Below, piece by piece: positions 41,701-56,000 of a stretch of DNA of 64,000 nucleotides; the stretch's first letter is position 1, and every line of letters begins with the position of its first letter. Made by a program: the position numbers and the translations under genes. The stretch is from assembly GCF_009914755.1 (NCBI RefSeq), contig NC_060941.1. The stretch is one strand, 5' to 3'. The notes beneath the pieces were generated by a model. It saw only the letters and a list, made by a program, of their open reading frames with translations. It was not told where the DNA came from and ran no database searches. This DNA comes from the human T2T-CHM13v2.0 reference genome, Homo sapiens.

Positions 41701-44700
41701 TTCCATTCCACTAGGGTTGATTCCATTGCACTCCATTCCAATCCATTCCATTGCTTTCATTCCATTCCACTGGGGTTGATTCCATTCCATTTCATTCCTT
41801 TCTATTTCATTCCATTCCATTACTCTCGGGTTGATTCAATTCCGTTCTATTCCATGCCATTCCATTCCATTCCATTGCATTCCATTCCATTCCATTCCAT
41901 TAGGGTTAATTCAAATCCATTCTATTCCATTCCTTTCCATTCCATTCCATTCCACTCGTGTTGATTCAATTCCATTCTATTCCATTCCATTCCATTCCAT
42001 TCCATTCCATTCCATTCCAGTTGATTCAATTCCATTCTATTACATGTCATTCCATTCTATTCCATTACTTTCCATTCCATTCCAATCCATTCTATTCCAG
42101 ATCATTCAATTCCATACTATTCCATTCCTGTACATTCCATTCCATTTCATTCCATTGCATTCGAGTTTCTTCCATTAAATTCCATTCCATTCCATTGAAT
42201 TCCATTCCGTTCCATTCCATTCCACTCGCTTTGTTTCCATTCCATTCCATTCCATTCCATTCCATTCCATTCCATTCCATTCCAGTTGATTCAATTCCAT
42301 TCTGTTCCATTCGGATCCATTCCATTCCATACAATTCCATTCCATTCCATTCCAATTGATTCCATTCCATTCCCTTCCAATCCATTGCATTCCATTCCAT
42401 TCCATTACATTCCACTCCACTCGGATTGATACAATTCCATTCTATTCCATTCCATTCCATTCCATTTAATTCCATTCCATTCTATTGCATTCCATTCCAC
42501 TTGGGTTGAATTCATTCCACTCCATTCCATTCCATTCCCTTCCATTCCATTACATTCCGTTCCTTTCCTTTGATTGGCAGTGCATTCCACTGCATTCCAT
42601 TCCATTCCATTCCATTCTACTCGGGTTGATTTAATTCCATTCTATTGCTTTCCATTCCATTCCAATCCATTCCATTCCATTGCAGTTGATTGATTTCTAT
42701 TGTAATTCATTCCTTTCCATTCCATTCCATTCCATCCCAGTTGATTTAATTCCATTCTATTCCATTCCATTGCATTCCATTCCATTCCAGTTGATTCAAT
42801 TCCATTGTATTCCATTCCATTCCATTTCGTTCCATTTCATTCCACTCGATTTGATTCAGTTCTATTCCATTCCATTAAATTCCATTCCACTAGGGTTGAT
42901 TCATTTCCATTCTATTCCATTCCATCGCACTCCATTCCATTCCATTCTATTCCATTCCATTCCGTTCCATTCCATTCCATTCCACTGCATTCCAGTTGAT
43001 TCCATTCCATTCCATTCCATTCTTTCTATTCCATTCAATTCGATTCGAATCCAGTTGATTCAATTTCATTCTATTCCACTCCATTCTATACCATTTCATT
43101 CCATTAAATTCCATTCCACTAGGCTTGATTCAATTCTGTTCCATTCCATTCCATTCCATTCCATTCCATTCCATTCCATTCCATTCCATTCCACTAGGTT
43201 TGATTCAATTCCATTCCCTTCCGTTCCAATCCATTCCATTCCATTCTATTCCTTTAAATTCCTTTGCTTTCTACTCGGGTTGATTCTATTCCATTTTTTT
43301 CCATTGCATTCCATACCATTCCATTCCATTCCACTCCACTCGGGTTCATCCAATTCCATTCCATTCCATTCCATTCCATTCCATTCCATTCCATTCCAAT
43401 CCATTCCACTCCAGTCGCGTTGACTCAATTCCATTCTATTCATTTCCATTCCATTCCATTCCATTCCATTCCATTCCTTTCCTTTCCATTCCATTACATT
43501 GCATTCCATTCCACTCGGGTTGATTCCATTCCATTCCATTCCATGTCATTCCAATCCATTCCCTTCCATTGCATTCCATTTGATTCCATTCCATACCATT
43601 CCATTCCATTCCAATCCATTGCCCTGCATTCCATTGCATTTCACTCTCCTTGATTCAATTCTATTCCATTCCATTCCATTCCATTCCATTCCATTCCATT
43701 CCATTACACTCGGTTTGATTCCATTCCATTCCATTCCATTCCATTCCTTTCCAGTTGATTCAATTCCATTCTATTCCATTCTTTTTCATTCCATTCCTTT
43801 CCATTCCATTCCAATCCAGTTCATTCCATTCCAGTTCATTCCATTCCATTCCATTCCAATCCTTTCCAGTTTATTCCATTCCATTCCCTTCCATTCGATT
43901 CCATTCCATTCCATTGCATACCATTCCATTCCACTCAAATTGATTGAATTCCAATCTATTTCATTCCATTCCATTCCATTCCACTCGGGTTGATTCCATT
44001 CCATTCCATTCCTTACAATTCAAATCCATTCCGTTCCATTTGATTCAATTCCATTCTATTCCATTTCACTCGATTCCATTCCATTCCATTCCAATCCATT
44101 CCATTCCTTTCCACTCTGTTCGATTCCATTCCATTCCTTGCCATTCGCTTCCATTCCATCCCATTCCACTCTGGATGATTCCATTCTATTCCGTTCCATT
44201 CCATTCAGTTCCAGTCCATTCGATTCCACTCGTGTTGATTCCATTCCATTCCATTCCATTGCATTCCATTCCATTCCAGTTGATTCAATTCAATTCTATT
44301 CCATTCCATTCCATTTCTTTCCATTTCATTCCATTCCATTCCACTCGGGTTGATTCAGTTCTATTCCATTCCATTAAATTCCATTCCACTTGGGTTGATT
44401 CAATTCCATTCTATTCCATTGCATCGCACTCCATTCCATTCCATTCCATTCCATTCCATTCCATTCCATTCCATTCCATTCCAGCTTATTCAATTCCTTT
44501 CTATTCCATTCAATGCCATTCCATTCCATTCCATTCCATTCTAGTTGAATCCATTATATTGCATTCCATTCCATTCCACTCGGGTTGATTCCATTCCGTT
44601 CTATTCCATTCAACTCCATTCCATTCCATTCCATTCCATTCAATTCCTTTCCACGTGAGTTGATACAATTCCATTCTATTCCTTCCCTTTCAATTCCATT

Positions 44701-47700
44701 CCATTCCATTCCACTCTGGTTGATTCCATTCTATTCCATGCCATTCTATTCTACTCGGTTTGATTCCTTTCCATTCCATTCCCTTCCATTTCATTCCATA
44801 GTTTTCCTTTCCATTCCAATTGATACATTTCCATTCTATTCCATTCCATTCCTTTCCATTCCATTCCATTCCATTCCAGTTGATTCCATTCCATTCCTTT
44901 CGATTCCATTCCATTCCATTCCATTCTATTCCATTCCATTCCATTCCACTCGTGTTGATTGCATTCTATTCCGTTCCATTCCATTCCATTCCATTGCATA
45001 CCCTTCCATTCCACTCAGATTGATTGAATTCCAATCTATTTCATTCCTTTCCATTCCATTCCACTCGGGTTGATTCCATTCCATTCCATTCCTTACAATT
45101 CAAATCCATTCCGTTCCATTTGATTCAATTCCATTCTATTCCATTTCTCTCGAATCCATTCCATTCCATTCCAATCCATTCCATTCCTTTCCACTCTGTT
45201 TGATTCCATTCCATTCCTTGCCATTCGCTTCCATTCCATCCCATTCCACTCTGGTTGATTCCATTCTATTCCATTCCATTCCATTCAGTTCCACTCCATT
45301 CAATTCCACTCGTGTTGATTCCATTCCATTCCATTCCATTGCATTCCATTCCATTCCAGTTGATTCAATTCAATTCTATTCCATTCCATTCCATTTCTTT
45401 CCATTTCATTCCATTCCATTGCACTCGGGTTGATTCAGTTCTATTCCATTCCATTAAATTCCATTCGACTTGGGTTGATTCAATTCCATTCTATACCGTT
45501 CCATCGCACTCCATTCCATTACATTCTATTCCATTCCATTCCATTCCATTCCATTCCATTCCATTCCATTGCATTACAGTTGATTCCATTCCATTCCATT
45601 CCATTCTATTCCATTCAATTCCATTCGAGTCCAGTTGATTCAATTCCATTCTATTCCATTCCATTCTATTCCATTTCATTACATTAAATTCCATTCCACT
45701 AGGCTTGATTCAATTCTATTCCATTCCTTTCCATTCCATTCCATTCCACTCGAATTGATTCATTTCCATTCCATTCCTTTCCATTCCACTCCACTCCATT
45801 GCATTCCATTCCATTCCACTCCACTCTGTTTAATTCCATTCCATTCCACTCCATTCCATTCCAGTTGATTCAATTCTATACTATTGTATTCTTTTCTATT
45901 CTGTTTGATTCCATTCCATTCCATTCCTCTCGGATGGATTCCATACCATTCCATTCCATTCCATTCCATTCCATTCCATTCGTGTTGTTTCCATTCCATT
46001 CCATTCCATTCCATTCGAATTCATTCCATTCCTCTCCATGTCACTCTGATTGATTCAATTCCATTCTAACCCATTCCATTCCACTCCATTCCATTCGATA
46101 ACATTACATTCCACTCAGTTTGATTCAACTCCATTCCATTCCATTCCATTCCATTCCATTCCATTCCATTCCATTCCTTTCTATTACACGGCGGTTGATT
46201 CCATTCCATTCCCTTCCATTCCATTACACTCGAATGGATTCAATTCCATTCTGTTCCATTCCATTCCATTCCATTCCATTCCATTCCATTCCATTCCATT
46301 CCATTCCATTCCAATACATTCCATTCCACTCGGTTTGATTCCATTCCATTCCATTCCATTCCATTCCATTCCATTCCATTGCATTCCACTAGGGTTGATT
46401 TCCTTGCATTCCATTCGAATCCATTCCATTCCATTCCATTCCATTCCATTCCACTCGGGTTGATTCCATTACATTTCATTCCCTTCCATTCCATTCCATT
46501 CCATTCCACGCGGGTTGATTCAATTCCATTCTATTCCAATCCATTCCGTTCCATTCCATTCCACTCGGGTTGATACCAGTCCATTCCATTCCATTCCATT
46601 CCATTCCATTCCATTCCATTCTATTTCAGTTGATTCTATTCATTTCTATTCGATTCAATGCCATTCCATTCCATTCCATTACATTCCATTTGAATCCGTT
46701 ATATTCCATTCCATTCCATTCCATTCCACTCGAGTTCATTCTATTCTGTTGTATTGCATTCCATTCCATTCCATTCCATTCCATTCCATTCCATTCTATT
46801 CCATACCATTCCATTCCATTGCATTCCACTCGGGTTGATTCTATTCCATTCTGTTCCATTCCATTCCATTTCACTCCATTCCATTCCATCACATTCCACT
46901 TGGGTTGATTCAATTCCATTCTATTCCATTCCATTCCATTCCTTTCCACGCGAGTTGATATAATTCCATTCTACTCCTTTCCTTTCAATTCCATTCCATT
47001 CCATTCCACTCTGGTTGATTCCATTCCATTCCATGCCATTCTATTCCACTCGGTTTGATTCCTTTCCATTCCATTCCCTTCCATTTCAATCCATTGCTTT
47101 CCTTTCCATTCCAAGTGATACAATTCCATTCTATTCGATTCCATTCCATTCTATTCCAGTTGATTCCATTGCATTCCTTTCGATTCCATTCCATTCCATT
47201 CCATTCCATTCCATTCCATTCCAATCGTGTTGATTCCATTCTATTCCATTCCATTCCATTCCATTCCATTCCATTCCACTCGGATGGATTCCATTCCATT
47301 CCATTCCATTCCATTCCATTCCATTCCATTCCATTCAGGTTGATACCATTCCATTCCATTCCATTCCATTCCATTCCATTCCATTCCATTCCATTCCATT
47401 CCACTAGGGTGGATTCCATTGCACTCCATTCCAATCCATTCCATTGCTTTCATTCCATTCCACTGGGGTTGATTCCATTCCATTTCATTCCTTTCCATTT
47501 CATTGCATTCCATTACTCTCGGGTTGATTCAATTCCGTTCTATTCCATGCCATTCCATTCCATTCCATTCCATTCCATTCCATTCCATTAGGGTTAATTC
47601 AAATTCATTCTATTCCATTCCTTTCCATTCCATTCCATTCCACTCGTGTTGATTCAATTCCATTCTATTCCATTCCATTCCATTCCATTCCATTCCAGTT

Positions 47701-49940
47701 GATTCAATTCCATTCTATTACATGTCATTCCATTCTATTCCATTACTTTCCGTTCCATTCCAATCCATTCTATTCCAGATTATTCAATTCCATACTATTC
47801 CATACCTGTACATTCCATTCCAGTCCATTCCATTCCATTTCATTCCATTGCATTCGTGTTTCTTCCATTAAATTCCATTCCATTCCATTGAATTCCATTC
47901 CATTCCATTCCATTCCACTCGCTTTGTTTCCATTCCATTCCATTCCATTCCATTCCATTCCATTCCATTCCATTCCAGTTGATTCAATTCCATTCTGTTC
48001 CATTCGGATCCATTCCATTCCATACAATTCCATTCCATTCCATTCCAATTGATTCCATTCCATTCCCTTCCAATCCATTGCATTCCATTCCATTCCATTA
48101 CATTCCACTCCACTCGGATTGATACAATTTCATTCTATTCCATTCCATTCCATTCCATTTAATTCCATTCCTTTCCATTGCATTCCATTCCACTTGGGTT
48201 GAATTCATTCCACTCCATTTCATTCCATTCCATTCCATTACATTCCGTTCCGTTCCTTTGATTGGCATTGCATTCCACTGCATTCCATTCCATTCCATTC
48301 CATTCCATTCTACTCGGGTTGATTCAATTCCATTCTATTGCTTTCCATTCCATTCCAATCCATTCCATTCCATTGCAGTTGATTGAATTCTATTGTAATT
48401 CATTCCTTTCCATTCCATTCCATTCCATCCCAGTTGATTTAATTCCATTCTATTCCATTCCATTGCATTCCATTCCATTCCAGTTGATTCAATTCCATTC
48501 TATTCCATTCCATTCCATTTCGTTCCATTTCATTCCATTCCATTCCACTCGATTTGATTCAGTTCTATTCCATTCCATTAAATTCCATTCCACTAGGGTT
48601 GATTCATTTCCATTCTATTCCATTCCATCGCACTCCATTCCATTCCATTCTATTCCATTCCATTCCGTTCCATTCCATTCCATTCCACTGTATTCCAGTT
48701 GATTCCATTCCATTCCATTCCATTTTTCCATTCCATTCAATTCGATTCGAGTCCAGTTGATTCAATTTCATTCTATTCCGCTCCATTCTATACCATTTCA
48801 TTCCATTAAATTCCATTCCACTAGGCTTGATTCAATTCTGTTCCATTCCATTCCATTCCATTCCATTCCATTCCATTCCATTCCACTAGGTTTGATTGAA
48901 TTCCATTCCCTTCCGTTCCAATCCATTCCATTCCATTCTATTCCTTTAAATTCTTTTGCTTTCTACTCGGGTTGATTCTATTCCATTCTTTTCCATTGCA
49001 TTCCATACCATTCCATTCCATTCCACTCCACTCGGGTTCATCCAATTCCATTCCATTCCATTCAAATCCATTCCTCTCCAGTCGGGTTGACTCAATTCCA
49101 TTCTATTCATTTCCATTCCATTCCATTCCATTCCTTTCCATTCCATTCCATTCCATTCCTTTCCTTTCCATTCCATTACATTGCATTCCATTCCACTCGG
49201 GTTGATTCCATTCCATTCCATTCCATGTCATTCCAATGCATTCCCTTCCATTGCATTCCATTTGATTCCATTTCATTCCATTCCATTCCATTCCATTCCA
49301 TTCCAATCCATTGCCCTCCATTCCATTGCATTCCACTCTCCTTGATTCAATTCTATTCTATTCCATTCCATTCCATTCCATTCCATTCCTTTCCAGTTGA
49401 TTCAATTCCATTCTATTCCATTCTTTTTCATTCCATTCCTTTCCATTCCATTCCAATCCAGTTCATTCCATTCCAGTTCATTCCATTCCATTCCATTCCA
49501 ATCCTTTCCAGTTTATTCCATTCCATTCCATTCCCTTCCATTCGATTCCATTCCATCCCATTGCATACCATTCCATTCCACTCAGATTGATTGAATTCCA
49601 ATCTATTTCATTCCATTCCATCCCATTCCACTCTGGTGGATTCCATGCTATTCCATTCCATTCCATTCAGTTCCACTCCATTCGATTCCACTCGTGTTGA
49701 TTCCATTCCATTCCATTCCATTGCATTCCATTCCATTCCAGTTGATTCAGTTCAATTCTATTCCATTCCATTCCATTTCTTTCCATTTCATTCCATTCCA
49801 TTCCACTCGGGTTGATTCAGTTCTATTCCATTCCATTAAATTCCATTCCACTTGGCTTGATTCAATTCCATTCTATTCCGTTCCATCGCACTCCATTCCA
49901 TTCCATTCCATTCCATTCCATTCCATTCCATTCCATTCCA
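38790..49940 (-). repeat. ~5.7-kb tandem duplication (~38790-44470 / ~44471-49940)
   Basis: Collinear markers: CCAGCTTATTCAATTCCTTTC (~38803/44481), CTCAGATTGATTGAATTCCAATC (~39356/~45014), TACTATTGTATTCTTTTC (40251/~45879), TTTGATTGGCA (~42569/~48257), CCTTTAAATTC (43251/~48943). Offsets ~5.63-5.69 kb. Confidence 0.9.
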
Positions 49941-50019
49941 TTCCAGTCGATTCTGCTCCATTCCATTGCATTCCACTCGCCTTGATTCAATTCTATTCCA
50001 TTCCATTCCATTCCATTCC

Positions 50020-53000
50020 ATTACACTCGGTTTGATTCCATTCCATTCCATTCCATTCCAATACAGTTCATTCCATTCCATTCCATTCCAATCCTTTCCA
50101 GTTTATTCCATTCCATTCCATTCCCTTCCTTTCGATTCCATTCCATTCCATTGCATACCCTTCCATTCCACTCAGATTGATTGAATTCCAATCTATTTCA
50201 ATCCTTTCCATTCCATTCCACTCGGGTTGATTCCATTCCATTCCATTCCTTACAATTCAAATCCATTCCGTTCCATTTGATTCAATTCCATTCTATTCCA
50301 TTTCACTCGATTCCATTCCATTCCATTCCAATCCATTCCATTCCTTTCCACTCTGTTTGATTCCATTCTATTCCTTGCCATTCGCTTCCATTCCATCCCA
50401 TTCCACTGTGGTTGATTCAATTCTATTCCATTCCATTCCATTCAGTTCCACTCCATTCGAATCCACTCGTGTTGATTCCATTCCATTCCATTCCATTGCA
50501 TTCCATTCCATTCCAGTTGATTCAATTCAATTCTATTCCATTCCATTCCATTTCTTTCCATTTCATTCCATTCCATTCCACTCGGGTTGATTCAGTTCTA
50601 TTCCATTCCATTAAATTCCATTCCACTTGGCTTGATTCAATTCCATTCTATTCGGTTCCATCGCACTCCATTTCATTACATTCTATTCCATTCCATTCCA
50701 TTCCATTCCATTCCATTCCATTCCATTCCATTGCATTACAGTTGATTCCATTCCATTCCATTCCATTCTATTCCATTCAATTCCATTCGAGTCCAGTGGA
50801 TTCAATTCCATTCTATTCCAGTCCATTCTATTCCATTTCATTCCATTAAATTCCATTCCACTAGGCTTGATTCGATTCTATTCCATTCCATTCCATTCCA
50901 TTCCATTCCACTAGGTTTGATTCAATTCCATTCCCTTCCGTTCCAATCCATTCCATTCCATTCCATTCCATTCCTTTAATTTCCTTTGCATTCCACTCGG
51001 GTTGATTCTATTCCACTCTATTCCATTCCATTCCACACCATTCCATTCTATTCCCTTCCATTCCACTCCACTCGGGTTCATCCAATTCCATTCTAATCCA
51101 TTCCATTTAATTCCAATCCATTCCACTCCAGTCGGGTTGACTGAATTCCATTCTATTCATTTCCATTCCATTCCATTCCATTCCATTCCATTCCATTCCA
51201 TTCCATTCCACTCGGGTTGACTCCATTCCATTCCATTCCATGCCATTCCAATCCATTCCATTCCACTCGGTTTGATTCTATTCCATTCAATTCCATTCCA
51301 TTCCACACTATTGCATTCCATTCCATTCCATTCCACTCTATTCGGGTTCATTCAATTCCATTCTATTCCATTGCATTGCATTCCATTCCATTCCATTCCA
51401 AATTATTCCACTCCATTCGGGTTCACTCAATTCCATTCTATTCATTTCCATTCCATTCCTTTCCATTGCATTCCATTCCATTCCACTCGAATTGATTCAT
51501 TTCCATTCCATTCCTTTCCATTCCACTCCACTCCATTCCATTCCATTCCACTCCACTCTGTTTGATTCCATTCCATTCCACTCCATTCCATTCCAGTTGA
51601 TTCAATTCCATACTATTGTATTCTTTTCTATTCTATTTGATTCCATTCCATTCCATTCCTCTCGGATGGATTCCATAACATTCCATTCCATTCCGTTCCG
51701 TTCCATTCGTGTTGTTTCCATTCCATTACATTCCATTCCATTCGAATTCATTCCATTCCTCTATATGTCACTCGGATTGATTCAATTCCATTCTAACCCA
51801 TTCCATTCCACTCCATTCCATTCGATAACATTACATTCCACTCAGTTTGATTCAACTCCATTCCATTCCATTCCATTCCATTCCATTCCTTTCTATTACA
51901 CGGCGGTTGATTCCATTCCATTCCCTTCCATTCCATTCCACTCGAATGGATTCAATTCCACTCTGTTCCATTCCATTCCATTCCATTCCATTCCATTCCA
52001 TTCCACTCGGGTTGATTCCATTCCATTCCATTCCATTCCATTCCATTCCATTCCATTCCATTCCATTCCATTCCACTAGGGTTGATTTCCTTGCATTCCA
52101 TTCGAATCCATTCCATTCCATTCCATTCCATTCCACTCGGGTTGATTCCATTCCATTTCATTCCTTTCCATTCCATTCCATTCCTTTCCATTCCACTCGG
52201 GTTGATTCAATTCCATTCTATTCCAATCCATTCCGTTCCATTCCATTCCACTCGGGTTGATACCAGTCCATTCCATTCCATTCCATTCCATTCCATTCCA
52301 TTCAATTCCATTCGATTTCAGTTGATTCTATTCATTTCTATTCGATTCAATGCCATTCCATTCCATTCCATTACATTCCAGTTGAATCCGTTACATTCCA
52401 TTCCATTCCATTCCACTCAGGTTCATTCCATTCTGTTGTATTCCATTCCATTCCATTCTATTCCATACCACTCCATTCCACTGCATTCCACTCGGGTTGA
52501 TTCAATTCCATTCCATTCCATTCCATTCCATTCCATTCCTTTCCACGCGAGTTGATACAATTCCATTCTATTCCTTTCCTTTCAATTCCATTCCATTCCA
52601 TTCCACTCTGGTTGATTCCAGTCCATTCCATGCCGTTCTATTCCACTCGGTGTGATTCCTTTCCATTCCATTCCCTTCCATTTCAATCCATTGCTTTCCT
52701 TTCCATTCCAATTAATACAATTCCATTCTATTCGATTCCATTCCTTTCCATTCCATTCCATTCCATTCCAGTTGATTCCATTCCATTCCTTTCGATTCCA
52801 TTCCATTCCATTCCACTCCATTGCATTCCATTCCATTCCATTCCATTCCACTCGGGTTGATTCCATTCCATTCCAGTCCATTTGATTCCACTCAGATGGG
52901 TTCCGCTCCATTCCATTCCATTCCATGCCATTCCATTCCATTCCACCCGGGTTGATTTCATTCCATTCCATTCCATTCCATTCCATTCCATTCCATTCCA

Positions 53001-56000
53001 TTCCATTGCACCCGGGTTGATTCCATTCCATTCCATTCCATTCCATTCCATTCCATTCCTTTCCGTTCCATTCCATTGCATTCCATTCCATTCCATTCCA
53101 TTCCGTTCCATTGCACTAGTTTTGTTTCCATTCCAGTCCATTCCATTCCATTCAAATCCATTCCATTCCACTCCATTCCACTAGGATTGATTCAATTCCA
53201 TTCTATTCCATTCCATTCCATTCCTTTCCATTCCATTAAAATGCATTCCACTCAAGTTGATTCCATTCCATTCCATTCCATTCCACTGCATTCCATTCTA
53301 TTGCACTCCATTCCATTCCGTTCCACTGGTGTTGATTCCATTCCGTTCCATTCCATTCCAATACATTCCATTCCATTCCATTCCATTCCAATCCATTGCA
53401 TTCCATTCGATTCCATTCCACTGGGGTTGGTTCCATTGCATTCCATTCCATTCCATACCATTCCATTCCATTCCAGTTGATGCAAATACATTCTATTCGA
53501 TTCAATTCCATTCCATTCCACTGCGTTCCCTTCCATTCTATTCTATTCCACTGTATTCCATTCCATTCCAGTTGATTCAATACCATTCTATTCCATGCAA
53601 TTCCATTCGATTCCACTCCATTCCATTTCATTTCATTCCACTCAGGTAGATTCCATTCCATTTCGTTCCATTCCATTCCATTCCATTCCTTTCCAGTTGA
53701 TTCCCTTCCATTCCATTCCATTATATTCCACTCGGGTTGTTTCCATCGCATTCCATTCCATTCCATTCCATTCTATTCCATTCCACTCCAGTTGAATCAA
53801 TTTGATTCTATTCCATATCATTCCATTCCATTCCATTCCATACCATTCCATTCCATTCCATTCCATTCCGTTCCAGTTGATTCAATTCCATTCTATTGCT
53901 TTCCATTCAATTTCATTCGATTCCATTCGATTCTATTCCATTCCATTCCAATCCGTTCCATTCCAATGCACTCCTTTCCATTCCATGCCATTCCACTCAG
54001 GTTGATTCAATTCCTTTCTATTCCATTCCATTCCATTCCATGCCATTCCATTCCATTCCAGTTGATTCAATTCCATTATGTTCCATTCCATGCCATTCCT
54101 TTCCATTCCATTCCATTCCACTTGAATCCATTCCATTCCATTCCATTCCATTCCACACTGGTTGATTAAATTCCATTACATTCCATTCCATTCCAATTGA
54201 TTCAATTCCGTTCTATTTCATGTCACTCCATTCCATTGCATTCCATTGGTTTCCATTCCATTCCACTCCACTCCACATGATTCATTTCCATTTTATTCCA
54301 CTCCATTCCATTCCAATCCATTCCAGTTGATTCAATTCCATTCTATTCAATTTCATTCCATTGCATTCCATTCCATTCCATTCCATTCCATTCCATTCCA
54401 TTCCATTCCATTCCAGTTGATTGAATTCCATTGTATTCCATTCCATTCTATTCCATTCCATTAAATTCCGTTTCATTCCTATGCATTCCATTCCATTATG
54501 CCATTCCACTCAGTTTGATTCAATTCCATTCTATTCCATTCCATTCCATTCCTTTGCATTGCATTCCATTCCAATCGGGTTGATTCAATTCCGTGCAATT
54601 CCATTCCATTCCATTCCATTCCATTCCATTCCATTCCATTCCATTCCATTCCAGCTTACTCAATTCCTTTCTATTCCATTCAATGCCATTCCATTCCATT
54701 CCATTCCATTCCATTCCAGTTGAATCTATTATATTGCATTCCATTCCATTCCACTTGGGTTGATTCCATTCCGATCTATTCCATTCAACTCCATTCCATT
54801 CCATTCCATTCCATTCCATTCCATTCAATTCCATTCCATTCCATTCAATTCCTTTCCACGTGAGTTGATACAATTCCATTCTATTCCTTTCCTTTCAATT
54901 CCATTCCATTCCATTCCACTCTGGTTGATTCCATTCCATTCCATGCCATTCTATTCTACTCGGTTTGATTCCTTTCCATTCCATTCCCTTCCATTTCATT
55001 CCATTGTTTTCCTTTCCATTCCAATTGATACGTTTCCATTCTATTCCATTCCATTCCATTCCATTCCAGTTGATTCCATTCCATTCCTTTGGATTCCCTT
55101 CCATTCCATTCCATTCCATTCTATTCCATTCCATTCCATTCCACTCGTTTTGATTCCATTCTATTCCATTCCATTCCATTCCATTCCATTCCATTCCACT
55201 CGGGTTGATTCCATTCCATTCCAGTCCATTCCATTCCACTCGTATGGATTCCATTCCATTCCATTCCATTCCATTGCATTCCCCTCGGTTTGTTTCCATT
55301 CCATTCCATTCCATTCCATTTCATTCGATTCCATTCCATTCCACTAGGGGGGATTCCATTGCATTCCATTCCAATCCATTCCATTCCTTTCCATTCCATT
55401 CCACTGGGGTTGATTCCATTCCGTTTCATTCCTTTCCATTTCATTCCTTTCCATTACTCTCGGGTTGATTCAATTCCTTTCTATTCCATGCCATTCCTTT
55501 CCATTTCATTGCATTCCATTCGATTCCATTCCATTCCATTCCATTCCATTCCATTCCATTAGTGTTAATTCAAATCCATTCTATTCCATTCCTTTCAATT
55601 CCATTCAATTCCACTCGTGTTGATTCCATTCCATTCCATTCCATTCCATTCCATTCCATTCCATTCCATTCCCCTCGGGTTCACTCCATTCCATTCCATT
55701 CCATTCCAGTTGATTCAATTCCATTCTATTACATGTCATTCCTTCCTATTCCATTACTTTCCATTCCATTCCATTCCATTCTATTCCAGATTATTCAATT
55801 CCATACTATTCAATTCCAGTACATTCCATTCCAGTCCATTCCATTCCATTTCATTCCATTGCATTCGAGTTTCTTCCATTCCATTCCATTCCATTGAATT
55901 CCATTCCTTTCCATTCCATTCCACTCGCTTTGTTTCCATTCCATTCCATCCCATTCCATTCCATTCCATTCCATTCCATTCCATTGCATTCCATTTCATT

